Positions 52,530 to 64,000 of a DNA stretch of 64,000 nucleotides are shown piece after piece (position 1 is the stretch's first letter; each line of letters begins with the position of its first letter). The position numbers were made by a program, and so were the translations under genes. The stretch lies in NCBI RefSeq assembly GCF_006345805.1, contig NC_042997.1, forward strand, positions 85,560,001 to 85,624,000. Reading direction: 5' to 3'. This DNA is from Octopus sinensis. Its lineage: Eukaryota. Under the pieces are notes generated by a model that did not search any database, was not told the origin of the DNA, and saw only the letters and a program-made list of their open reading frames with translations.

Positions 52530-53270
52530 AATTCTTTCTACTATAGGCACAAGGCCTGAAATTTGGAAGAGCGGACTAGTTGATTACATCGACCCCAGTG
52601 TTTTACTGGTACTTAATTTATTGATGCCAAAAGGATGGAAGATAAAGTCGACCTTGGCATAATTTGAACTCAGAATGTAAAGATGGATGAAATACCATGA
52701 AGCATTTCACCTAGCATGCTAACAATTCTGCCAGCTCACTGCCTTCTGTCATAATAATAATAATCCTTTCTTCTATAGGTACAAGGTCTGGTATTTGGCG
52801 GAGGGGACTAGTCAATTACATCGACCCCAGTGTTTCACTGGTATTTCATTTATCGACCCTGAAATGATGAAAGGAATTCAAATTTTGGCACAATTTTGGG
52901 GAGGGGATAAGTTCATTACATCAACCCCAGTGTTCAGTTTGGTATTTATTTAATCAACACTGAAGGGATGAAAGGCAAAAATCAACCTTGGCAGAATTTG
53001 AACTCAGAATGTAAAGAAGGACAAACTGCTGCTAAGCTCTTTGTCTGGCATGCTAACCATTCTATCAGCTTGCTGCCTTAATAATGATATTGGCTTCTGA
53101 TTTAGGCACAAGCCCAGCAGCTTTGAGAGTAGGGAATAAGTTGATAGTGTTGACCTCAGTACTTAACTGGTATTTTATTTTATTGACCCCTGAAAGAATG
53201 AAAAGCAAAATCAATCTCTGAAGGATTTAAACTCGGATATTATCAAACATTTTGTCTGGCATTTTAATGG
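52530..53270 (-). mobile_element. Tandem cluster of about 4-5 Meta-domain SINE B copies, mostly separated by TAATAAT spacers
   Basis: Repeated GACCCCAGTG...GGATGAAAGGCAAAG...AATTTGAACTCAGAA units. Confidence 0.8.
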
Positions 53271-53929
53271 TTCTGCCACTGCCTTCCAGAGAGACAGATG
53301 AAGGGAAGCTTACAAAGACAGGTTTCAAAACATGATGGAGCATACAAAGAAATTGAAGATTGTAGGTTTTTCCCATATGTATATATGTATATATATATAT
53401 ATATATTTACACAGACAGACAGCAACACACACACACACACACATGCATACATAAACAACAAGCTTCCCGCAGTTTCTGTCTACCAAACTCACTTGTAAGA
53501 CATCAGTCAGCCTAGAGCTATAGCAAAAGATGTTTGCACAGTAAGACTGAACCTCCGATAAGAGCTAACAAGTTAGTTTTTATTCTAATATGTATATATT
53601 TTTTATACTATATATAAAGGATATTGATTTATTGAAAAAATATTATTTTATTATTGAATTTTAGATTTTTCTAACCTGTTAAATAAGAAAAAAATGAGAT
53701 TAAGAAGTATACAACATTTACAAATATCCGATATGGTCCTAGAGAGGACTGCTATAGAAGGCCAGTGAAAAAAATCTACAGATCAATGATCACTATTTTT
53801 ATCAAAATATGCTACTAGTTTCAACTGTTTCAACCAATTTAGTCATGAAATAAGAGAAAGGAAAAATAAAATGAAATAGATTAAAATTATAGTTTATTAT
53901 ATTAGCTTTGCAATCTTACTACATTCTGA

Positions 53930-54465
53930 AGACGTCAAGCTGGCAAAAATGTTAACATGCCGGGCGAAATACTTAGCAGTATTTCGTCTATCTTTATGTT
54001 CTGAGTTCAAATTCCGCCAAGATCGACTTTACTTTTCATCCTCTTGGGGTCAATAAATTAAATACCAATTGTGTACAGAGGTCAGTCTAACCAACTGGCC
54101 CCCACCCCAAAATCTTCAGGCCTTGTGCCTAGAGTAGAAAAGAATCATACTACATTCTGAATTCAAATTCCACTGAGGTCAACTTTGCCTTTCATCCTTT
54201 CGGGTTCAGTACTGGGGTTGATGTCATCAACTTACTCCCTCTCTCAAAATTGCTGGCCTCGTGCAAAAATTTGAAAATAGCAGTGGGCTGGCAGAATTGT
54301 TAACACGCTGACTAAAATGCTTAGCAGTATTTCACCCGTCGTTATGTTCTGAGTTCAAATTCTGCTGAAGTCAACTTTGCCTTGCATCCCTTTCAGGACG
54401 ATGTAATCAATTAGTCCCCTCCCACCAAATTTCAGGCCTGGTGCCTTTCATAGAAAGGATTATAT
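53930..54465 (+). mobile_element. Tandem cluster of 3 Meta-domain SINE B copies
   Basis: Three occurrences of GA(G/A)TTCAAATTC...CTTT(C/G)ATCC. Confidence 0.8.
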
Positions 54466-54890
54466 TAGTTTTGTAAGAGAAACATGCAACTGACTGACTA
54501 AAGATTTGTCATGTGAAATGCAAGCAAGATTATTATTCAGCCAGCTGGCTAATCACAACACCAGTGATTTTTCAATCACTGTTTTTCTACTTCAGTGATG
54601 ATGGATTTTGTCTTAACTAGTGTGTACATGCTATTGAAATAGTCCAAAGAGGCAGAAGTGCACAGTCTACCATTCTCAACGAAGCTGCTGAACAAATTTC
54701 ATTTGCCGCTGAGATATTAAATACATCTATCCATTTGTCTATACGTCTGTCTATATCAATATATATTCTGTATGTATATAGGTTTGGTGATGCAAACAGA
54801 AAATAAAACCCAAAACGAGTATAAATGTTTTTTATTAATAATTGGCAGAGTAACTCAAGGGCCAAGAGATTATTAATAAAAAATATGTAC

Positions 54891-54922
<32 letters not shown>

Positions 54923-55092
54923 GGAGAGGGAGAGACAAACAGAGAGTAACATTTTCTCCAGGTTTGTCTTTCTACAAATGGTATATATATATAGTTAATC
55001 CAAACATGAAAGCACAAAAAAAACACAACAACGCGAGGACGTGGAACAAATATAGTATTATTGGACGCTCAGGAAAGAAGGAAAGAAGGAGG

Positions 55093-55127
55093 GTTTAACG
55101 TTTAGAGCGGAGCTCTTCATCGGAAAC
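55093..55127 (-). ncRNA. Minimal hammerhead-ribozyme relic in a PLE-type short repeat (about 55000-55203)
   Basis: Minus strand: GUUU-CCGAUGA-A-GAGC UCC GCUC-UAAA-CGU-U-AAAC. Stems I and II pair, G12 is changed to U, and stem III is the palindrome ACGU. Confidence 0.6.
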
Positions 55128-56554
55128 ATAGGAGAAGGAAAGATCCAGAGAAGGGAAGACAGAGGAAAAAAATCGCCAACGGTACACACGCGGTCACATT
55201 TTGAATATATATCACACACATAGGAAGTTAGTATGCTCCGAGCATTCTGTGGTAGGTACAAAAACAACATTTAAGTACAATAATTTATTGATATTAACAA
55301 CAAGCTTCCTGCAGTTACCATCTACCAAGCTCACTTGTAAGACATCAGTCAGCCTAGAGCTACAGTGGAAGATGTTTACGCAGTGGGACTGAACCTCCAA
55401 TAAAGAGCTAACAAGTTAGATTTTATACCAATATGTACATATTTTTATAATATTTATAAAGAATATTGATTTATTGAAAAAAAATATAATTCTATTATTG
55501 AATTTTAGATTTTTCTATCTTGTTAACTATTTTGTTTCTACAATGAGACACAGTACTTAAAATTTGTTGCATATTTCTATAATCTACATCTTAATACTTA
55601 ATTATTCAATTAATGTATATAAATTCAATTTTATTTTATTATATTTTTATCTTGTAGATATAGATTTATTTGTCTAAATTTATAAGTTATCTTGTTATCT
55701 ATAATCACTCAGTATGTATTGGGACATAATTGATTATTGACTTAACGGTGTTGTGGGGATTTTTTTTTTGTCATTATGTAGTTTTGAATGAATTTTCACT
55801 TTGCAGATACCTACATTTGCACATTAAAATACAATTTCTTTATAGAATTTCTTTCCATAATATTTCATAATTATTATCTCATTAACACCTTATGAGATTG
55901 TTGGTTTTAATTTGCAGTCATTAACTCCTTTCACATCTCTCAATATCAAAAAATCTAAAATTAATATTTGTCTTTGAATTTTCTAAAACTCCTTTCTTTT
56001 TTTTAGAACATGATTATTTTGTATAAGCTTGTATAGGCAGAGCTATAGTCTTCTATATTCTTCTGTCATTGGATTGCAGTCATACTGGGGTACCATCTTG
56101 AAGGGTTTAGCTGAACAAATCACCCCCAGTAATTATTCGTTAAATGTGATACTTATCAATCTCATTTGCTGAACTGCCAAATTATGGGGATAGAAACCAA
56201 CCAGCACCAGCTTTCAAGTGGTGGTGGTCAGTAAGAGTCAAACACAAAATGCACATATACATACTACAGGTTTCCACACAGTTTCCTACTACCAAATTTT
56301 GTCACAAAGCATAAGTTAGCCTAGGGCTATAGAAGATATATGCCCAAGGCACCATACAGTAGGACTGAACCCAAAACCGTGTAGTTATAAAGCAAGTGTC
56401 TTATCCACATAGCCATGCCTGCATCTATTATATTGTTTAATATGATTTTTGTCCTTGTATAGCAACTTTTGTGTCCTCTTTTGCTTACCCATATATATAT
56501 ACACACACAAACAAAGTTGTGAGATTTGAAATGTTAATGTCTTCATAAGACTTC

Positions 56555-56981
56555 TACTCTTTTACTCTTTTACTTGTTCCAGTCATTTGACCGTGGTCAT
56601 GCTGGAGCACCACCTTTAGTCAAGCAAATTGACCCCAGGACTTATTCTTTGTAAGCCTAGTACTTATTCTATCAGTCTCTTTTTGTTGAACTGCTATGTT
56701 ATGGGGATGTAAACACCGGCATCGGTTGTCAAGCTATGTTGGGGGGGGGGCAAACACAGACCCACAAACACATACACACACACGTACATATACATATATA
56801 TATATATATACATATATACAACGGGCTTCTTTCAGTTTCCGTCTACCAAATCCACTCACAAGGCTTTGGTCGGCCCAAGGCTATAGTAGAAGACACTTGC
56901 CCAAGGTGCCATGCAGTGGGACTGAACCCGGAACCATGTGGTCCGTAAGCAAGCTACTTACCACACAGCCACTCCTACGCC
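56555..56981 (-). mobile_element. SINE family A, full length and young (an older copy lies at 56060-56422)
   Basis: Close match to 60978-61364 with CpGs retained. Confidence 0.9.
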
Positions 56982-57155
56982 TTCAATTTAAAATATAGAT
57001 GAAAATTCTCTGCTGTTCTATGTATTAAATTCTTGATTGTAAGTTTGGATAGTCTTCATAGTCTTCATATTGGCGACACTTCATAGTCTTTGTATTGATG
57101 ACAAACAGTCCAGTTGATCCAGTCAATGGAACAACCTACTTGTGAAATAAATGTG

Positions 57156-57385
57156 CGAGCTGGCAGAAACGTTAGCACGCCGGGCGAAATGCTTAGTGAT
57201 ATTTTGTCTGCCGTTACATTCTGAGTTCAAATTCGGCCGAGGTCGACTTTGCCTTTCATCCTTTCAGGATCGATAAATTAAGTACCAGTTACACACTGGG
57301 GTCGTTGTAATTGACTTAATCCTTTTGCCTGTCCTTGTTTGTCCCCTCTATGTTTAGTTCCTTCTGGGCAATAAAAAAAAAAGAA
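57156..57385 (+). mobile_element. Young Meta-domain SINE B embedded in a minus-strand family D-like SINE
   Basis: GAGCTGGCAGAAACGTTAGCACGCCGGGCG...GAGTTCAAATTCGGCCGAGGTCGACTTTGCCTTTCATCC...GGCAATAAAAA. Confidence 0.85.
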
Positions 57386-57659
57386 ACATGTACCCTTAAC
57401 ATAGTTCTCAGCAAGATTCAGCATGACACAGAATGTGACAAAGCCAACTCTTTGAATTACAGGCACAATTCATTTTTACTACCGGAGTGGACTGGAGTAA
57501 CGTGAAATAAAGTGTACTGCTGAAGGGCACAACATGCTGCCGGGAATCAAACTCATATCCTTATGATCATAAGGCAATTACCCTAACCACTAAGCCATGT
57601 GCCTTCAGTCTTTGTATTAAGAGTTTCATAAATGTGTGTATGTATATGTGGATGTATGC

Positions 57660-57691
<32 letters not shown>

Positions 57692-58461
57692 GTGCTTATG
57701 TATTGGTATATGTGTATACATGTATGTGTATATGTGTGTGCATATATATATGCGTGGGTGTTAGTGTTTGTATATGTATATGCTTATCATCAAACATTTC
57801 CTATTTAAGCAAAAAATAATCTCTAAATTATTAGTTTGAAAGCCCCTTTCAAGCGAGAAACTCAACCAGAGTCACTTTTTTGGAAACATCTAATTATTAA
57901 AGTGGAAAAATTATCAGAAAAGCTTTTTCTATTCATTTTTTCAAATGTGTGTGTGTGTGTTTGTATGTATGTATGAATACATCATATTGACTCTATATTG
58001 ACTCATATATTCTGCAGACATCTTTTAAAGTCAATATCTACTAATTGTTTTCTCTTCTTCTTTTCCCCTTTTTCTCCTCATCATCATTTAGACAGTTGTC
58101 TTTCTTCACGTGATAAATGTGAGGAAAGACAACTGTGTTTTTATACCCACCACGCATAATAAATCACAGAAATAACATCTGGTTTCAGTGATCTGTGTAA
58201 AGTAATATATTATATAAGATAATCCTATAAGTTGAACATATGATATCTTTAAATAATGTTATCATGACAGTTAATATCATCATACGGAAGCTTAGCTTTC
58301 TTTGAAACTATCTTACTTGTCTGCAGCATGTAGATCCATTACATCAAAGAAAAACATATTGATTTCATCTCATTGTAGAAGTTGTATTGATGCCATATCA
58401 TCAAAGTATAAACATATTGATTTATTCTTTCTGGTATACATATATATACACACACACATAT

Positions 58462-58553
<92 letters not shown>

Positions 58554-60977
58554 GAATGTATGTATAAGAAAATGGAAGGAGATCCAAGATTTTCTAGTCA
58601 TGCGGTTTATTTAATTCTAAAAGTCAGATTGAATATGTGTCTATTGAACAGATTATATAACCAACAAGTAGTTTATCTATCTATTAAATAGACATTTTAT
58701 ATATGATATATATAGTCTGATCTCAATGGAAGATTTTAATACTGTTTTATCACCATTTATTGGTGATTGTATGGGAAGCAGGAATGTACATTCTCAGAGT
58801 GCTAGTTGGGTGTTTCATGCCTCAGTAAAGACAGTAAATTGTTTTTCTTTAGAATAATTCTGTTCTTAAAGTATCACAAACAGAGCACAACCTAAAAGGG
58901 AACTGGTTAGTTCCTTTGTTTCTAACACGTTTGGAACAATTCCAGTGGAAAGGGAAAACATTTACCTGCTAAAATAGGTGTTGGTAATAGTTGTGTAGTT
59001 AAGAAGCTTGTTTTGGGTTCACTCTCACTGTGTAACCAGTCAATGCCTTGTGAGTGAATTTAGTAGATGAAAACTGTGTGGAAACTTCTATTCTCCCTCT
59101 TTCTCTCTTGTGCCACCACCACCACCACCACTTTACTTTCCCTGCTACTCACTCCCACCTACTCATCTGTATCCCTCTACCATCCCCAGCTCATAACTCA
59201 CATCTCGTCCTCCATTCAATTCTACCCTTCTTTTTGCATACATAACAGTAACAATACATAACAGTAACAATGCAGATCCCACTGCAAGAACCTACTCTAC
59301 TCCCCATCTCCATCTTCATCATAATCCCCTCATCCTCTAGTATAGACTTGAACACCTCCACTTACCCCAGGGCTCATAGTCCTGCTGCAAATTGTATGGT
59401 GATCTCAATAGTGCAACTGGCACATGAAAAGCACCCAGTCCATGTTCTATAGTAGTTGGCATAAGGAAGGGCATCCAGCCATAAAACTATACCAAAGCAG
59501 ACATTGGAGCTTGGTGCAGTCTTTGAATACATTGGTTCCTGTCACCCAACTCATGCCAGAATGGAATATGGATGTTAAATGATGATAATGATGATGATGA
59601 TGACATATGTATATGCTTGACAACTGGTGTAAGTTTGTTTATGTCCTCATAACCTAGCAGTTCAACAGAAGAGACTGATAGAATAAATACCAGAAATAAA
59701 AATAAAAACTTAAGCACTGGGGTTGATTTATTCAACTAAAACCCTTCAAGGTGTGCCCCAGCATGGCCAAAGTCCAGTGAGTGAAACAAGTAAAAGTAAT
59801 AAAAAAATTAATAAAACAATCAAAATAAGAATGTGGAACTGAGATCGTTACCCAACTAAAAAACCAAAAGAAGGCAGAGAGAGGATGTTCAAATAGTGAG
59901 GTTGTTGCCATAAGTCTCTCTCAATGCTTTTTCTAAGAAACATTTCTCCCTTTTTCAGCAAATAAACAGCAGCACTACCACTATCATGAGCCCTGTTGAG
60001 GAGAAAATGAGCTGGCAGTACCAACAACTATAATTTGCCAAGCAACAAGAACAACAACATTGATGTTGAAAAAAATAAGAAGGGAAAATTAAACAACAGT
60101 AATGGGTTAAGCAGCAGCAACAACAACAACTACTACTATTACCACTACTTTCATTTCCACCAAATCAAAAATTATGTTCACAGATAGTTTGGAAGTCAGA
60201 ATGAGCAAGAAAGAAGTGCAAGCACATCCAACACCAACATTCGACATTCTCTGTTGTCACTGTTACCAACATAACCAACAATAGCAGCTACAGAAATGGC
60301 ATTGTAAAGGTTAATTTATTTGTGACGGCCACAAGAATAACCAAATAGGATCCTCTAAAATAGAAGCAAAGAATCCTGAGAGAAGACCAAAAGCTAACAC
60401 AGAGAGAAAAGAGAAGTACATACATTAACTGAACAATTAGTGGCTAGTAGCATGTGTTGTCTTAGAAGGCAGGAACACACTCCTGAATATGAGAAAGCAC
60501 CTCTATAAAAACTGGTCCAGAATTAGAGTGAAATACCTGATTAAAGTAAACCACAAAAATTTGGACATACTTTTCAACCAGATAGATCTTCCAATTGATA
60601 CATTATGGTGGAAGAGAGAAGACTTTGCAGAAGCCTTTGCAGAATTTGAACTCAGAACATAAAGACAGATAAAATGCCATAAAACATTTTGTCTAAGATG
60701 CAAACAATTTTGCAAGCTTGCTACCTTAACAATAATAATAATCCTTTCTACTACAAGCACAAGGCCTGAAATTTGGAAGGGTATTAGTCAATTACATCGA
60801 TGCCAGTGCTTCACTGGCATTCAATTTACTGACCCCCAAGGGATGAGAGCAAAGTCAACCTCAACAAAATTTGAACTTGGGACATAAAGACAGGTGAAAT
60901 ACCACTAAGCATTTTGCCTAGTGTGGTAACAATTCTGCCAGCTTACCTCCTTAATAATAATAATAATAATAATAATA

Positions 60978-61364
60978 GGCGCAGGAGTGGCTGTGTGGTA
61001 AGTAGCTTGTTTACCAACCACATGATTCTGGGTTCAGTCCCACTGCATGGCACCTTGGGCACGTGTCTTCTACTATAGCCTCGGGCTGACCAAAGCCTTG
61101 TGACTAGATTTGGTAGATGGAAACTGAAAGAAGCCCGTCGTATATATGTATATATATATATGCGTGTGTGTGTTTGTGTGTCTGTGTTTGTCCCCCTAGC
61201 ATTGCTTGACAACCGATGCTGGTGTGTTTATGTCCCCGTTACTTAGCGGTTCGGCAAAAGAGACCGATAGAATAAGTACAGGGCTTACAAAAGAATAAGT
61301 CCCGGGGTCGAGTTGCTCGACCGCAGTCAAATGACTGAAACAAGTAAAAAATAGTAAAAGAGAG
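60978..61364 (+). mobile_element. SINE family A, young, preceded by (TAA)n and two minus-strand SINE B copies (60635-60950)
   Basis: GGCGCAGGAGTGGCTGTGTGG head through GACTGAAACAAGTAAAA tail. Confidence 0.9.
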
Positions 61365-61369
61365 TATAC

Positions 61370-62968
61370 CACTAACACCGAATCTGAGTAAAGTAAAAGC
61401 TGGGTATATATTCAAAAGCCACCAACAAAAGTCAATCATTTGTTATTCATGGATGACCTCAAACTTTGTGGTAAAGATAAAGCCCAAGTCAGTTCCCTCA
61501 TTGATACGGTGAATACCTTCAGTGCTGCTATCAGAATGGAGTTTGGACTGAGAAAGTGTGGTGTGTTAGTCTTGAAGACAGGCAAAATCAAATGTATGGA
61601 TGGGCTAAAGATACCAACGGGGGAGGTTATGAAGCAGATAGAAGAGATGGGTTATAAGTACTTGGGGATTGTGGAAATGTATAAATTGATGGAAAAAGAA
61701 AGGACAGAAAAATTTAAGGTGGAGTACTTGCGCAGACTGGGACTGATCCTTAAGTCGAAATTAAATGGACAGAATAAGATTGAAGCTATCAAAATCTGGG
61801 TGGTTTCACTCCTGAGATATGGAGTAGAGATAATCGCATGAACAGTAGATGAACTAAACAGTTTAGACAGAAAGACAAGGAAGTTGCTAACTACATATGG
61901 GTCACTCTACCCAAAAAGTGTCACAGACAGACTGTATGCACCAAGAAAAAGAGGGGGAAGAGGACTTATTGGATGCGAACACAACATTAGAGCAGAAGAA
62001 AACAACATAGCATAGTATGTAAAACGTGCCACAGAACCGCTATTATTAGAAGTAAGAAGGTCAGGCTTGAGTAGGATGAAAGATTACAAAGATAAAGCAC
62101 TGTAAAAGAAATTGAAACCGAATGAAACTGAAAATAGGTGGGTAAAGAAAAGAATGCATGGTCAATTTCATAGGGATGCTGAAGATAAGACAGACAGAGA
62201 AAAAAGATGGTTGTGAATGACTAAAAGTGATTTAAAACTGGAAATGGAGGCTTTAATATGTGCTGCCCAAGAGCAAGCACTAAGAACAAACTACATAAAA
62301 TACAGAATAGACAACACATCAGAAAGTGATAAGTGCAGAATCTGTAGACAAAATGATGAAACCGTATGGCATAGTACCAGCCAATGTACGCCACTAGCCC
62401 GGAAGGAACATAAGAGATGCTACAACAATATAGCCAGATTTGTCCATTGGAGACTTTGCAACAAGTATGCACTTAACAGAGCAGAAAATTGGTACAACCA
62501 CAAACCTGAAGGCATCATCGAAAATAAAAATGCAAAGATCCTATGGGATTTTATGATTCAGTGTGACCATGAGATAGAGAATAGGAAGCCAGACATAGTC
62601 TTAATTGAGAAAGAAAACAAACTATGCTGGATCATAGATATAGCATGCCCAGCTGACAACAAGGTATGCAATAAGGAAGAAAGAAAAGTCAAGAGATATG
62701 ACAGGTTAGCTTGGGGAGTTAAGCAGTTGTGGTCGATGAAAAAGGTATCAATAGTACCAATAATTGTCGGAGAAAAAATCTTAAGAAGTACGTGGAACAA
62801 ATAGGGGCTGCAATAAGGGTGGAGCACTTGCAGGAAACAGCACTGCTTGGAACCACTTGAATACTCCGGAAGGTGCTTGAAAAATAAGAGGTATTATCTT
62901 AATTCACTGGTAGGGAACAGCTGACACAGTAGTACATCTCCAGCATTAGAAGCTGTGCAAAGGCATTG
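61370..62968 (+). mobile_element. 5'-truncated R4/Dong-clade LINE
   Basis: LLFMDDLKLCG, GYKYLGI, CAAQEQALRTNY, CRICRQNDETVWHSTSQC and RKPDIVLIE...IIDIACPAD (REL endonuclease). Ends in a TAA-like tail. Confidence 0.9.
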
Positions 62969-62989
62969 ATAATAATAGTAATTATAATG

Positions 62990-63700
62990 ATAACCCTAAA
63001 TGCAGATTCTGTGATAAATTTGATGAAATAATAGACCATCTTGTCTCGGGACGTCCTGTGCTAATACTAAATGAATGCAAAAATTGCCATGATTAGATAG
63101 GATAGTATTTACATTGGAAGATATGTAAACACTACAAAATCAGCACTCCTGCTTACTGGTATGAACATCATCCTGAGCCAGTCACTGGAGGTAAAACTGT
63201 CACTATCCTCTGAGATTTTCCAGTCAACACCAACAGGATGATCCAGGCTAATTGACCAGACATAGCTATTAAAGACAGAGAAGAAAATACTTGTAGACTA
63301 ATAGATGTAAGTGTTCCCACTTTGACTAAGGAATTTGACTAATTAAGTAAATATAAGGACCTGGAAATTGAAATACAAAAGTTGTGGCATCTTAAAGCAA
63401 GAACTGTTCCTGTTATTGTGGGAGTCCTTGGTATGTTATGAAAGGAATGTCAGAAATCCCAGGAGAACCATGTCTCAGAGAAATCCAAAAGATTGTCCTA
63501 ACAAATACTGCTCACATCCTTAGAAAAACCCTATCAATTTAAATATACATGTCATATTACATGAAAATATTTCGCAACTGTCCTCCTGCCACTTTCCCTC
63601 CCTGAGCTTTGTCATACTGTAACATCTCTTATCCTTCACTCACCCTAGAACACTGGGTGTGTCTTGATGAATGATTGTAACAAACATGCAGATTAAAAGT
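62990..63700 (+). mobile_element. Fourth R4/Dong-clade LINE 3' fragment
   Basis: KCRFCDKFDEIIDHLVSG, PDIAIKD, LIDVSVP and KYKDLEIEIQKLW. Ends at AATAATAAT, followed by a minus-strand SINE B (63715-63912). Confidence 0.85.
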
Positions 63701-64000
63701 AAATAATAATAATAATTTCTACCATAGCCACAAAGCCTGAAATTTTAGGAGATTATATCAATCCCAGTACTTGACAGGTACTTATTTCATTGACCCTTAT
63801 AGGATGAAAGGCAAAGTTGACCTCAGCAGAATTTAAACTCAGAATGTATAAACGGATGAAATGTAGTTAAGCATTTTGTCCATTGTGCTGACGATTCTGC
63901 CAGCTAACCACTTTATAATAAAAGCAAACAGGAAATTACACCAAACACAGTAAAAACCATAGCAGACACATCAAAAGAAAGAAACAAAAGACATCAAAAC

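Noticed and set aside
57166-57176. GAAACGTTA resembling a hammerhead 3' half
   Set aside because: It is part of the SINE B tRNA-like head, with no CUGANGA upstream.
58288-58410. Minus-strand UUGAUGA...GAAAGCUA hammerhead candidate
   Set aside because: The spacing is long and there is no convincing stem II.
59959-60300. Acceptor-like site followed by Asn/Ser-rich coding-looking sequence
   Set aside because: There are stops in all frames within short distances, and the composition is explained by AAC/AGC repeats.
159-61364. tRNA genes or CRISPR-like repeat-spacer arrays
   Set aside because: The A/B-box segments are SINE heads without a cloverleaf. Repeated units are irregularly spaced TE copies, with no cas genes, in a eukaryotic context.

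Overview
This is AT-rich eukaryotic DNA dominated by repeats, with no complete host gene, tRNA/rRNA gene or CRISPR array. The SINE families, microsatellite density and TE mix strongly resemble an octopus (coleoid cephalopod) genome; that assignment is inferred from repeat recognition, not from a search. Retroelements: about 20 copies of a tRNA-headed CORE-like SINE, about 15 copies of a Meta-domain SINE, RTE LINE 3' ends with (GAT)n tails, four R4/Dong-type LINEs in (TAA)n tracts, a CR1-type LINE and a Penelope-like element (PLE) with a GIY-YIG endonuclease. DNA transposons: several mariners (one full-length, 1291 bp, with TIRs and TA TSD), maT-like, MULE and hAT/Charlie relics, and MITEs. Most ORF-track entries are microsatellite or SINE artefacts. 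The strongest unexplained signal is a set of short segments, mostly beside (TA)n/(CA)n tracts, carrying minimal type-I hammerhead-ribozyme motifs, mostly with different self-complementary stem III sequences, plus fold-back inverted repeats. Together these look like a diverse PLE-derived, retrozyme-like population. Also notable are a perfect 60-bp-arm palindrome at a broken mariner end, an RFX X-box next to a TATA box, and a candidate terminal coding exon at 4193-4249. All calls were made by eye, and boundaries of degraded repeats are approximate.
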